This document shows, one piece after another, positions 1 to 11,208 of a stretch of 64,000 nt of DNA. Positions within the stretch are counted from its first letter, which is position 1; each line of letters starts with the position of its first letter. The position numbers and the translations under genes were made by a program. A model generated the notes under the pieces. That model was not told the origin of the DNA and made no database searches. It saw only the letters and a list, made by a program, of their open reading frames with translations. Source of the stretch: Gammaproteobacteria bacterium (GTDB lineage: Bacteria; Pseudomonadota; Gammaproteobacteria; Eutrophobiales; Eutrophobiaceae); NCBI GenBank assembly GCA_965222155.1, contig CBDCTH010000012.1, forward strand, positions 2,656,001-2,720,000, written 5' to 3'.

Positions 1-98
1 TGAAGATTGAATATGCCCGCTTGTACGGCGGATTGAACTTTGCCGGGGTGAATACCAGGGTGATTTCAGCCAAACGTCCATTGTTTGTAAACCGGTAA
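1..98 (+). CDS. 3' end of CoA-binding protein (YccU-like), partial
   Basis: Frame from position 3 reads KIEYARLYGGLNFAGVNTRVISAKRP..TAA, resembling the C-terminus of CoA-binding proteins often found next to metY. Confidence 0.6.
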   Translation, partial: KIEYARLYGGLNFAGVNTRVISAKRPLFVNR

Positions 99-126
99 TG
101 GCGCCACAGAGTATACAAGGCCCGCG

Positions 127-221
127 TCATTCCGGCGAATGCCGGGACCCAGTAGACAACATTCCATTATTTATGATAAGGAATGATTTTTTGACTGGAT
201 GCCAGCTTCCGCTGGCATGAC
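127..221. repeat. Pair of palindromic REP/RPE-like elements (GTCATTCC-N-GGAATCCAG type), inverted
   Basis: gtcattccggcgaatgccgggacccag and ctggatgccagcttccgctggcatgac; related copies near 11016, 13561, 14896, 16147 and 36872. Confidence 0.75.
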
Positions 222-335
222 GGGTGCAGCAATGATAAGGGACAGGCATGCATAGCAGCATTCAAATATATTCAGATGAACTGGCTGATATACAACTCTT
301 ACATTTTTTCTCAGGGTTCTCTGCGGCTGAAATAA

Positions 336-1637
<1,302 letters not shown>

Positions 1638-1783
1638 GCATGCTTACTCCGGTTATTTCAGCCACAGGGGACACAGAGAATTAACATGGATGCACAGGAT
1701 GTAAAGGATATAGCACAGACCTATAGAGTGGATCGATAGTTGAAGTGATAAAATCATCGATATCCTGATTATCCTGTACATCC

Positions 1784-4093
1784 ATGTCAATGAAAAAAAC
1801 AAAAACCATACGCCAGAAAATTGGTGAGGTGCGGGATGCCGCGCTGGATTACCACCGAAAATCCCCACCGGGCAAGCTGGCGATACATTCGACCAAGCCG
1901 TTGGCCAACCAGCACGACCTGGCCCTGGCCTATTCGCCGGGGGTGGCCGCCGCCTGTGAAGAAATAGTCCGGGACCCGGCACAGGCGTCCATGCTGACAA
2001 CCCGTGGCAATCTTGTTGCCGTCATCAGCAACGGTACTGCCGTGCTGGGCCTCGGCCCCATCGGCCCGCTTGCGTCCAAACCGGTCATGGAAGGCAAGGC
2101 GGTGTTGTTCAAGAAATTCTCCGGTATAGACGTGTTCGACCTGGAACTCAATGAAACCGACCCGGATAAACTGGTGGATATCATCACCAGCCTCGAGCCC
2201 ACCTTCGGCGCCATCAACCTGGAGGACATAAAATCACCGGAATGCTTTATCGTCGAGCGTAAATTGCAGGAACGGCTGGGGATCCCGGTCATCCACGACG
2301 ATCAACACGGCACGGCCATCATCGTCGCCGCTGCAGTTACCAATGGCCTGCGACTGGTAGGCAAGGAAATGTCAGTGATCAAGCTGGTCACCTCGGGCGC
2401 CGGGGCCGCAGCCCTGGCTTGCCTGGACCTGCTGGTCGCCATGGGACTGAGAAAAGACAATGTCATCGTCACCGATATTGCCGGTGTAGTTTATAGCGGC
2501 CGTAAGGAAATGATGGACCCCTTCAAGGCCCGCTATGCCCGGACCACGAATGCAAGAACACTGACCGGGGCAATCAAGAATGCGGACGTTTTCCTGGGCC
2601 TGTCCGTGGGGAACGTATTGAAACCGAGCATGCTCAAACACATGGCGGATAATCCCATCATCATGGCCCTGGCAAACCCGATTCCGGAAATCCTGCCGGA
2701 GACGGCGAAGAGGGCCCGCCCCGACGCCATTATCGCAACCGGGCGCTCCGACCTTCCCAACCAGGTTAACAACGTCCTGTGTTTCCCGTACCTGTTTCGC
2801 GGCGCGCTCGACGTGGGCGCGACCAGCATCAACGAGGAAATGAAGATAGCCTGCGTCAAGGCCATTGCCGACCTGGCCATGGCCGAATCATCGGAGGTGG
2901 TCAGCCGCGCTTACGGCGGGCGCGACCTGATATTCGGTCCCGACTACATCATTCCCAAACCGTTCGACCCGCGCCTGATCGTTCGACTGGCGCCGGCCGT
3001 AGCCAGGGCTGCCATGGAAAGTGGTGTGGCAACCCGGCCCATCGCCGATTTCAAGAGTTACCGCCAGCGCCTGATCCAGTTTGTCTTTCAGACAGGCACT
3101 ATCATGAACCCGGTGTTCGATCAGGCTGCACGGGATCCGAAGCGAATCGCCTATGCCGAAGGGGAAGAACGCCGCATCCTCCAGGCTGCACAACAAGTGG
3201 TTGATGAAGGTCTGGCCAGACCGTTGCTGGTCGGGCGCACGGAAGTGATCAACCGCCGCATCGGGGAACTGGGTCTGGCCATGGTCAAGGACAGGGATTT
3301 CGAGGTGATCAACCCGGTCAAGGACCGGCGCTGCCTGGAATTGGCCGAGCTGTATCACGGCATCAAGGGCCGGTCCGGCATCTCACCGGATGAAGCGCGC
3401 CGCATAGTGCGAACCCAGTCTACTGTGCTGGCTGCCCTGCTGTTGATGCACGAGGATGTGGATGCCATGCTGTGCGGTACGATAGGACCTTTCATCAACC
3501 ACCTGACCCATGTACGCGATATCATAGGCAAACGCGAGGATGTTAAGGAATTCTCTTCCGTGGCGGTGCTGGTGCTTCCGGAAGGAACGTTTTTCCTCTG
3601 TGATTCCCATGTGCTGCCCGTACCCGGTGTCGACGACATTGTGGCCATGACCCTGCTCGCTGCAGAAGCCGTGCAGCGGTTCGGTATCAAGCCGCGCATT
3701 GCCCTGGTTTCCCATTCCAACTTCGGCAGCCGGAACAACAATTCATCCGAAAAGATGCGCGCGGCAGCAAAAATCCTGCAGCAGCGCGACCCGCAACTGG
3801 TTGTGGAAGGCGAGATGCATGCTGATGCCGCCATATCGGAAACCATTCGCGCCAACGCATTTCCCGACTCCAAACTGCGCGGTCGCGCCAACACGTTAAT
3901 CCTGCCCAATATAGACGCCGCCAATATCTCTTTTAATCTGTTGAAGATGCTGGGCGGCGGCGTCACCGTAGGACCCTTGCTGGTGGGGGCGGCCCGGCCC
4001 GCTCATATCCTGACGAATGCCTCAACCGTACACGGTATCGTCAATATGTCTGCCCTGGCTGTGGTTGAAGCACAGAGCAGAATTCGGGCATGA
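1784..4093 (+). CDS. maeB: NADP-dependent malic enzyme with C-terminal PTA-like domain
   Basis: [32 protein letters not shown] and GAGAA motifs plus phosphotransacetylase-like C-terminus; 769 aa. Confidence 0.95.
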   Translation: MSMKKTKTIRQKIGEVRDAALDYHRKSPPGKLAIHSTKPLANQHDLALAYSPGVAAACEEIVRDPAQASMLTTRGNLVAVISNGTAVLGLGPIGPLASKPVMEGKAVLFKKFSGIDVFDLELNETDPDKLVDIITSLEPTFGAINLEDIKSPECFIVERKLQERLGIPVIHDDQHGTAIIVAAAVTNGLRLVGKEMSVIKLVTSGAGAAALACLDLLVAMGLRKDNVIVTDIAGVVYSGRKEMMDPFKARYARTTNARTLTGAIKNADVFLGLSVGNVLKPSMLKHMADNPIIMALANPIPEILPETAKRARPDAIIATGRSDLPNQVNNVLCFPYLFRGALDVGATSINEEMKIACVKAIADLAMAESSEVVSRAYGGRDLIFGPDYIIPKPFDPRLIVRLAPAVARAAMESGVATRPIADFKSYRQRLIQFVFQTGTIMNPVFDQAARDPKRIAYAEGEERRILQAAQQVVDEGLARPLLVGRTEVINRRIGELGLAMVKDRDFEVINPVKDRRCLELAELYHGIKGRSGISPDEARRIVRTQSTVLAALLLMHEDVDAMLCGTIGPFINHLTHVRDIIGKREDVKEFSSVAVLVLPEGTFFLCDSHVLPVPGVDDIVAMTLLAAEAVQRFGIKPRIALVSHSNFGSRNNNSSEKMRAAAKILQQRDPQLVVEGEMHADAAISETIRANAFPDSKLRGRANTLILPNIDAANISFNLLKMLGGGVTVGPLLVGAARPAHILTNASTVHGIVNMSALAVVEAQSRIRA

Positions 4094-4109
4094 CAAAAGA
4101 AGCCAGGGG

Positions 4110-4565
4110 CTATTGACGGGAAAATACGACTGTTTCCGGCTTTTTTCGAACCACTGCCGTCCCCGACAGCTTGTCATGCCAGCCCTGTTTCCGCCTGTCG
4201 AACGCTATCCATATAAAACCCAGCCCAAGGGGTAGAAGTGATACCAGGTAACCGACATACCTGGCGATATAGCGGGCAGTGGATGGGGATTCTCCCGTTC
4301 TTATATCAACTATCTTCGCAGATATGGCCATTTTGCCGGGGGTCGCGGCCTTGAAAATCCAGAACATGATGACGAATAGCGCGGGTAACAGCGTAGAGAC
4401 AAGAAAATCCGTCAGGAGACTTACCGATGCGATGTATGCACCCCCGAACATGATTGATGAAAAGGGTGTGGCGATAAGGCCAATCAAAAAACAATCTATG
4501 ATAAATGCCCACATCCGTATCCAGAAGCCGGCATATTCCAGATCATCTCGTTTGGTTGCTTCCAC
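4110..4565 (-). CDS. RDD family membrane protein
   Basis: YAGFWIRMWAFIID...TPGK...QGWHDKLSGT. Confidence 0.9.
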   Translation of the reverse strand: MEATKRDDLEYAGFWIRMWAFIIDCFLIGLIATPFSSIMFGGAYIASVSLLTDFLVSTLLPALFVIMFWIFKAATPGKMAISAKIVDIRTGESPSTARYIARYVGYLVSLLPLGLGFIWIAFDRRKQGWHDKLSGTAVVRKKPETVVFSRQ

Positions 4566-4743
4566 GTATTTGTTCTACTGCGTTTGATGGGTCCCGATTG
4601 ACGGGCATTATAACTGAATCGTATATTTATTTTTCGGCCGAAGAGATCGAAGGCATCCTTGCCGGCGACAGGACCACCGCCCGGTTTTCCAGGGAACAAC
4701 TGTAACCGGAATAGCGTGCCGGCGTCCGACAGCTATTCCGGCA

Positions 4744-4899
4744 CAGGTGCTCCCGCTAAATCGAGGTCAACAAGACACAGGGGACAGATTTAAATCTGTC
4801 CCCCAGGAGTCACGGGGCCTGTTTCTCTGGGAGGGAGGGCGTCTCGCCCTCCACGAGGGCAGGATGCCCTCGATCCCGGAAGTTAGCGGGAGCTGCTGA
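4744..4899 (+). mobile_element. MITE-like repeat, copy A
   Basis: Imperfect terminal IRs CAGGTGCTCCCGCTAA / TTAGCGGGAGCTGCTG; internal palindromes ggggacagatttaaatctgtcccc and gagggcgtctcgccctc; related copies at about 11072, 59497 and 60061. Confidence 0.7.
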
Positions 4900-4973
4900 T
4901 TTCGGCAGGGTTTTATTTCATTAACAGGTGAATCAGTCTAAAATCCGGACTCGCATAACAATCGGGAGAGAAC

Positions 4974-5096
4974 GTCGGCACCCTGGATGATACGTCCTGG
5001 GTGAAACCCGCCGTGGAAATTTACTGTGACAGCACCCAGGCATGGACCCGAGTCAAAACAGAGATGGAATCACATCCGAAAATGATGCCGTCCTGA
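4974..5096 (+). pseudogene. C-terminal remnant of GFA-family protein
   Basis: VGTLDDTSWVKPAVEIYCDSTQAW..., no 5' part. Confidence 0.55.
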
Positions 5097-5262
5097 CCTC
5101 CATGCTTGATCTTGCCAGCAAATTCAAACATGATGTCTTATGTCTTAGTCAAGAACTGTGTCAGAAAAGCCCTTCTCGCACAGTTGCTTACAAGTTAAAA
5201 CATAACAGCTGACGACTAATGAAGTAGACACGAAAATGACTTTGTAGGATGGCGCCATACAA

Positions 5263-5373
5263 TTCAATGCGAATGCATTTTACTATGACTACAAGGATAA
5301 GCAGGAAGGAGCTCTTGCGGTGACCTTCTCAGACAATATCGTTGGCCTGATGAACGTGCCGATGTCCGAAGTC
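5263..5373 (+). pseudogene. Internal fragment of TonB-dependent receptor
   Basis: FNANAFYYDYKDKQ...NVPMSEV resembles a barrel segment (compare LNVSAYYNDYKDFQ in 36905-39136). Confidence 0.45.
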
Positions 5374-5476
5374 TGCGACGCAGGCGAGATTGTTTACCAA
5401 CGAATTCCTTGAGTGACAAATTCGACATTATTATCGGTTTAGTGCAGAGTGGAAATGTCGCCCGGTAAGCGCCTCA

Positions 5477-7387
5477 TCATGTGATACCATTCTCGAAAGA
5501 TGCTGCGTCACGCCAAATAGCACAAAATTGCTCGTACAGTTGCTGTTCTCTCTGCCGGATTTCTGCAACATCCCAACTATCAGATTTATATATTTCCTTA
5601 TTTACCATTAATATTGAATTAGAGAACAATAATTCTCTTTTCTTGCTATATGGGGCATTAGACATACTTGCATTCAACTTATGAGTAACAATTGTCAAGT
5701 TACCAATATTTTGAAGAAGACGATCTCTTTCACGAGCTAATTTGAACGCACCCCAATATGACGGATCGACTAAATCCTCTTTTGATATTAAAAGCTGAAT
5801 AAAGCTATCTCGAACACGATTTGTTTTTCTATATTCATATTCTTTCGGAAACAATTCATCGTAAGTTAATGAACCATCACCAATTGGCAATTGCCAGCTT
5901 TCATGCCACTTTTCTGGCAAGATGTGTTCGAGCGTGAGTTGCTGATTGAAAGGCAGATCATCTTTTTCCGTCAACTCATTATCTCCACGGTTCAGCAACT
6001 CAATCCGGTACAAAATATACCGAATGACATTCCGATTTATACCTATTCCAGACCACTGTCCCTGTAATGCTGATTTGACTTCATCATTAGCTGGCCATTT
6101 GGATGTATCGGAACTTTGACTGGAAAGATTCTGGATGAACTTTCTAACGTCAAACCCACTTTTTCTATGTTTTCTTATTTCCTCTGAGAAAAACTTATTG
6201 TAATTCTTATGGCCTTGGCTTGTGCAAAGCATTCGGCGGAGCGTGTACGATTCTAAAGCTTGTAAAACTAATAGGATATCGGCTTTTGACACCCCAGAGT
6301 CGTTTACCAGATACAGAACAAACGGATGCAGGCTTGTAATATCAAATATTTTATAGAATCGCATCGGCAGCCCGACAGCCGATCCCATATCACAATCCGT
6401 TATGTCCTTGTACGTTTTTGAGTATCGACTAAGTTCCATAAGTTCATCCTTCGGACTCTGATTTTCAGTAGTCAACTCCTTTCGGTATGTGCGCTGGTAG
6501 GTCGTGAACAAGGGTGAAACACTATCCTCGCCGAGCTTCGCCATTAAGAAATGTTGAAAGAAAAGTTCAGATAATATCTCCCTTTTTCGACCCACCTTAA
6601 CCTTTGTTTCCCAGTAACCAGTTTCAAAATGGCTCCAGTAGTCCTTATACAATTTATCCCTGTCGTCTTCGGATATTCTCGTTCTTAGAAAAAGATTGTT
6701 TCTAAGCAGGTCAAATTGAAGTAAGCTTTTCCCCCTCCCATTCAGGGATTCAAAGATCATTTCCGGTTCATCATCTGAATCAATCAGAATCTGTACAAAC
6801 CCAAAGTCGTTTAATACTGCATAAAATAATGAAAGTATTTTCTCTTTATCGCCTTCCGCATAGTTCTGAATCATTCCTTGAAAATATCCATAGGCCTCTT
6901 GAATTCGTTCTCCTGAGTTACCTGCCGCTGACATCTCGACAATATTTATCAACGCCGGCTTGTCAAAATCAGTAGGAACGAGCTTGTAATGTTCTCCATT
7001 ATATCCTTCCGACAACATCCCCTTGTTCAATATATAAGCCCCCACCTCATCAGCGATATCCTTAAACATCAGTGACGTACAAATATCTCGAAGTGTGCAG
7101 AGAATTATTTGAAAGGTTGTTAAACGCTGCTGTCCGTCGATGATTTCATACTTTGGAACCTCATCAACATTGGTCGGCTTTTGTTGTATTACAATTGCGC
7201 CAGTGAAATGACTGAACTCGTCTCTTTGCGGCTGCGATAATCTTTTATTTGACTTTTCCTCAATGTCTTCCCATAAAGGTTGCCATTGGTCATCCAACTC
7301 CCAAACATAATGCCTTTGAAAAAGTGGGATTCTAAATTGAATCTTGTTTCCAAACAGGGTACTTATATTGACATTTGTTGGTTGCAT
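5477..7387 (-). CDS. DUF262-DUF1524 GmrSD/SspE-like modification-dependent restriction nuclease
   Basis: IPLFQRHYVW, IIDGQQRLTT, FESLNGRG, LEHILP and IGNLT..N motifs; AT-rich. Confidence 0.9.
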   Translation of the reverse strand: MQPTNVNISTLFGNKIQFRIPLFQRHYVWELDDQWQPLWEDIEEKSNKRLSQPQRDEFSHFTGAIVIQQKPTNVDEVPKYEIIDGQQRLTTFQIILCTLRDICTSLMFKDIADEVGAYILNKGMLSEGYNGEHYKLVPTDFDKPALINIVEMSAAGNSGERIQEAYGYFQGMIQNYAEGDKEKILSLFYAVLNDFGFVQILIDSDDEPEMIFESLNGRGKSLLQFDLLRNNLFLRTRISEDDRDKLYKDYWSHFETGYWETKVKVGRKREILSELFFQHFLMAKLGEDSVSPLFTTYQRTYRKELTTENQSPKDELMELSRYSKTYKDITDCDMGSAVGLPMRFYKIFDITSLHPFVLYLVNDSGVSKADILLVLQALESYTLRRMLCTSQGHKNYNKFFSEEIRKHRKSGFDVRKFIQNLSSQSSDTSKWPANDEVKSALQGQWSGIGINRNVIRYILYRIELLNRGDNELTEKDDLPFNQQLTLEHILPEKWHESWQLPIGDGSLTYDELFPKEYEYRKTNRVRDSFIQLLISKEDLVDPSYWGAFKLARERDRLLQNIGNLTIVTHKLNASMSNAPYSKKRELLFSNSILMVNKEIYKSDSWDVAEIRQREQQLYEQFCAIWRDAASFENGIT

Positions 7388-7536
7388 GAAATGTGTTTCC
7401 GTATTTTATTTGCATAATACTTTACTGAACGACTGATCGGCAAACGGGCAGACCGGTGAAGCCACATAGCAACCGAGGGATTTGCGCTCCCTGATCTCGG
7501 TGTACCATAAAATCCAGGTTGAATTTCTTGGCTGCT

Positions 7537-7926
7537 TCATTCAGCCGACAACGCATATCGGTTGGTCTGAACGATCAGATCAGCAGTGAGAGTGATCTCC
7601 AGGAGTTCGTTGACAAGCTCTTTGCCACCCAATTGATCCAGCGCATACTCAAACAGCCGCTTTTGTGCGTCCAGACTCGCGAACCCGTGTGCCATATTCA
7701 GGCAAATTAACCCAGCATGTATCTCTTCGCGCTCTATGAGCGACGTGAAATCCGTCGTATTATTCGTGACGAGTACGTAGCCGTCTACAACTGCGCGGCG
7801 AACGATAGCCCAGTCTCTCCTGGTTCTCAGCCCTATCCAGTTTACGTGCATTGATAGAGAAAAGCCCCGGTCCCGAGCGATGCTGACGAGATCGGGGCTC
7901 AGACATTCATCAATCAAAAACTTCAC
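7537..7926 (-). CDS. DUF5615 PIN-like toxin (VapC45-like)
   Basis: MKFLIDECLS...VLVTNNTTDF; overlaps upstream DUF433 gene. Confidence 0.85.
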   Translation of the reverse strand: MKFLIDECLSPDLVSIARDRGFSLSMHVNWIGLRTRRDWAIVRRAVVDGYVLVTNNTTDFTSLIEREEIHAGLICLNMAHGFASLDAQKRLFEYALDQLGGKELVNELLEITLTADLIVQTNRYALSAE

Positions 7927-8546
7927 AAGGTATGCGGGATCTCGTCGAAAGCGATCTCTTTCGATGAAACAGGTTTCTGCTTGCGCCAGACCGGCTCTCG
8001 ACGCGGGCAGCCGCGGCGTGGGTAGGCTTCGGCGTAGAGGAGGGCGGCCTCGATCTGTGGCTCGGTAAGCACCGGGTACGCTGCCAGGATAGCAGGTATG
8101 TCGCTGCCGTTGGTCACCATCTCGGCAATGGTATGAACGGGTATGCGGGTTCCCTTGAAACAGGGGATACCGGTGAGTACATCCTTGTCGACCGCGACCA
8201 TCTTTTTCGCCTTTTCCAGCGCCGTCAGGCGTTGCCGTACCTCGCTCTGCATAGTCCTCACATCAACCAAGACGGCGTCTTCGCGCACTGTCCTCGCTTC
8301 AGGGTCATTGAGAAGATGGCGGACGAGTCGCTGGCGACTTTCAGGGGTAAGGATGTCCGTGGTTTCATAGACGAACTTCAGCCCGACCAAGTCCCTCCTG
8401 AGAATAACCCGCGCGCCTTCACGCTTCTTTACGATATCGCCCAAAAGACCAGCGTCGATAATACAGTGCACCTGTTTCAAGGGGACGCGGGTGATACACG
8501 CCGCCTCATTTGCCGACAAAGCTTGCTCTGCGAGTTTGACTGTCAT
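7923..8546 (-). CDS. DUF433 antitoxin with N-terminal HTH (VapB45-like)
   Basis: GIPCFKGTRIPV...ILAAYPVLT..QIEAAL.Y; likely start ATG 8546. Confidence 0.85.
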   Translation of the reverse strand: MTVKLAEQALSANEAACITRVPLKQVHCIIDAGLLGDIVKKREGARVILRRDLVGLKFVYETTDILTPESRQRLVRHLLNDPEARTVREDAVLVDVRTMQSEVRQRLTALEKAKKMVAVDKDVLTGIPCFKGTRIPVHTIAEMVTNGSDIPAILAAYPVLTEPQIEAALLYAEAYPRRGCPRREPVWRKQKPVSSKEIAFDEIPHTL

Positions 8547-8603
8547 AATTTTTCCTCCATTCTGGAAAGAATATAGATTATCAGGGCAGGAAATGCGAGA
8601 CCA

Positions 8604-8675
8604 TGTATGAATCCGCCACACATTGCACTGTATTTATCCCTCTTTTATAGTGCAATAAATTTCCAATCTTATACA
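8604..8675. mobile_element. 72-bp mini-element made of two IS481-like ends
   Basis: TGTATGAATCCGCCACACATTGCAC...GTGCAATAAATTTCCAATCTTATACA resembles both ends of element 22671-23173. Confidence 0.6.
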
Positions 8676-8920
8676 CTTTCGTTGAAAATGAGATGAGAAC
8701 AATTGTATTTATCCGAAGGGGTTAAATCATGGGATGTCTCCGAATGGTCTCGATGGCCTCAAGGCCAAGGAACACTAACCCGGATATTGCATTAGAATCC
8801 TTGAATGGTTCTTTCACTTGCACACAGGTCAGATTTTTGCGGTATATCACCGTTGATAACCAGATGCTTATCGGCATGAGGCGAAGCTTCGCTAAACCGA
8901 TGAGAAATACGGGTTGAACC

Positions 8921-11107
8921 ATGAGTTCCGTCGGCATTGATATCGGGGGGACATTTACCGATGTCGTAGTGATGGGCGACGACGGTTCCGTGAGGACAAC
9001 CAAATCACCATCCACGCCGGGACGGTTACAGGAAGGCCTGCTGGCAGCTCTCACGGCGGCGGCGCAGAAGGAACAGACCGACCTTGCGACTCTGCTGGGC
9101 CGTGTCGACCGGATCGCCCATGGCACGACCGTTGCGACCAATGCCTTCATCGAACGGCGCGGCGCCAGGACGGCACTGTTGACCACGCGCGGCTTTGAGG
9201 ACACCATGATCATGCAACGGATGATGGGTATGACTGCCGGCCTCAGTCCCTCCGAATTGACCGATTATTCGAACAGGCGCGTTCCCGATCCAATCGTTCC
9301 CCGCTCACTCATCTTCGGTATTCGCGAGCGCATCGATTATCGCGGTGACGTGATCGCACCGCTGGCTGAGCAGGACGTGTACGATGCAATCAGCAGGATC
9401 AAGGAGGCTGGTGTCGACGCGATTGCCGTATCTTATCTCTGGTCATTCAAGAATATAGCCCATGAAAAGAGGACCGGGGAAATCCTGAGCGAGGAACTGC
9501 CGGGTATTTACCTGTCGCTGTCCCATGAACTGGCGCCGCGACTGGGTGAATACGAACGCACGGCAACCACGGTCATCAATGCCTGTCTGGGCCCGCTGGT
9601 GCGGGAATATACCGACCAGCTTAACCGGCGACTGGGCAAAAGCAGGCTGTTTCTGCTGGATTCCAGCGGCGGCGTGATGACGCCTGATGAGGCGGGCCGG
9701 GCGCCTGTGCGATTATTGCTTTCCGGCCCCTCCGGCGGCGTCACCGCGGCGAAATTTATGGGTCTGTTATGCGGTCACGAAAATATCATCTCCTTCGATA
9801 TGGGGGGAACCTCGACGGATGTAGCCGTTATCGCAGCGGGCGAAGCCGGCCAGCGTAAGGAAACCGTTGCGGACAAATACCACCTGTTGCTTCCCATGCT
9901 GGACGTGCGGGCTATCGGTGCCGGCGGCGGCTCTGTCGCGGGCGTGGAGGAAGGCGGATATATCTATGTCGGGCCTGAGAGCGCGGGGGCTGAACCGGGC
10001 CCCGCCTGTTACAACCTTGGTGGAGAACGTCCGACCGTGACTGACGCTGACCTGGTTCTCGGCATTATCGATCCTGGCGGGTTTCTTGGCGGCAAGCTGC
10101 CGCTGGACCTGGACAAAGCGCGCGCGGCCGTGAAGGTTCACGTGGCCGACCCGCTCGGACTGACGATTGAGGAAGCAGCCGCGGGGATAAAGCGGATTGT
10201 GGACACCCGCATGGCCGATTTGCTCAGGACGGTCACCATAGAACAGGGACATGATGCACGCGAGTTTGTGCTGTACGCCTTCGGCGGCGCGGGACCTGCC
10301 CATGCGCCGGCGTTTGCCCTGGACGTGGTGGAAGAAGTCCTGATCCCGGCCAGCCAGTCCGTTTTTTGCGCCTTTGGCGCCGTTGCTTCCGATATTACAT
10401 TGAGCGCGGGCCGCGCACAGCCGAAACGGTACGGCCGGGACGGCAAGGGCGCCGTTGAGCTTGCCGAAATTGAAGATATATTCAGCAGTCTTGCAGGCCA
10501 GGCCAATGACTCCCTTGACCAGCAGGGCGTTCCGCCCGAACAGCGCCAATTCCGGCGCGTGGTGGAGGTGCGTTTCATTCGCCAGACCAAATCCCTTGCC
10601 GTGCCGTTTCCGGGCACGATTGAAGGCCTGGTGGATAACTTCCTGAATGCATATAAAAAGCGCTACGGCGCCGAGGCCGTGCCGGAAAAAGCGCGATTCG
10701 AGTTCGTCACCTACGTGGTTGAAGCCGTGGGCCTGCTGCCCCGCCCTGATTGTGCCCGCTATCCTGACGCAGGGATGGATGCAAGCCACGCCGGGAAAGG
10801 CAGTCGCCCGGTTTATGATATGGTAAAAAAGGCTTTCGTTGAGACGCCCATATACCGGGGCGAGGCATTGCAAAACGGCAATCGCATTGCCGGTCCGGCG
10901 ATTATTGAATATGAAAGCACCACGGTGGCTATTCACTCCGGGCAGGTCGGCAAGATTGATGAGTTCCTGGGTATTTCCATCAGGAGAACAACACGACTGA
11001 ATACTTTTCCATCGCCATTCCGGCGAAAGCCGGAATCCAGTCAAAAAACGCTTCCTTATGATAATAAGTTGGCAGGTGCCCCCGTTAACTCGAGGTCAAT
11101 ACAGTGA
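8921..11107 (+). CDS. Hydantoinase A / oxoprolinase ATP-binding subunit
   Basis: GIDIGGTFTD, HGTTVATN, SGPSGG, DMGGTSTD, GAGGGS and AFGGAGP motifs; the last ~40 aa are encoded by repeat DNA. Confidence 0.9.
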   Translation: MSSVGIDIGGTFTDVVVMGDDGSVRTTKSPSTPGRLQEGLLAALTAAAQKEQTDLATLLGRVDRIAHGTTVATNAFIERRGARTALLTTRGFEDTMIMQRMMGMTAGLSPSELTDYSNRRVPDPIVPRSLIFGIRERIDYRGDVIAPLAEQDVYDAISRIKEAGVDAIAVSYLWSFKNIAHEKRTGEILSEELPGIYLSLSHELAPRLGEYERTATTVINACLGPLVREYTDQLNRRLGKSRLFLLDSSGGVMTPDEAGRAPVRLLLSGPSGGVTAAKFMGLLCGHENIISFDMGGTSTDVAVIAAGEAGQRKETVADKYHLLLPMLDVRAIGAGGGSVAGVEEGGYIYVGPESAGAEPGPACYNLGGERPTVTDADLVLGIIDPGGFLGGKLPLDLDKARAAVKVHVADPLGLTIEEAAAGIKRIVDTRMADLLRTVTIEQGHDAREFVLYAFGGAGPAHAPAFALDVVEEVLIPASQSVFCAFGAVASDITLSAGRAQPKRYGRDGKGAVELAEIEDIFSSLAGQANDSLDQQGVPPEQRQFRRVVEVRFIRQTKSLAVPFPGTIEGLVDNFLNAYKKRYGAEAVPEKARFEFVTYVVEAVGLLPRPDCARYPDAGMDASHAGKGSRPVYDMVKKAFVETPIYRGEALQNGNRIAGPAIIEYESTTVAIHSGQVGKIDEFLGISIRRTTRLNTFPSPFRRKPESSQKTLPYDNKLAGAPVNSRSIQ

Positions 11108-11178
11108 TTTTTGCCGGATTCGGGCATACTCTGACCATAAAGGGGCATGTTTCCCTGGGAAGGAGGGCGTCTCGCCCT
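11072..11178 (+). mobile_element. MITE-like repeat, partial copy between hydantoinase A and B
   Basis: Reverse-complement match to 60105-60213. Confidence 0.65.
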
Positions 11179-11208
11179 GTGACGGGACTGAAGAAACAGG
11201 AGAGAAAG

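Noticed and set aside
9767-11044. 425-aa minus-strand ORF
   Set aside because: Antisense to hydantoinase A, with no recognizable domain.
11104-11208. Extended N-termini of hydantoinase B (11104), MFS (13542) and NDH-2 (40506)
   Set aside because: The extensions are repeat-derived or overlap upstream genes; better downstream starts exist.
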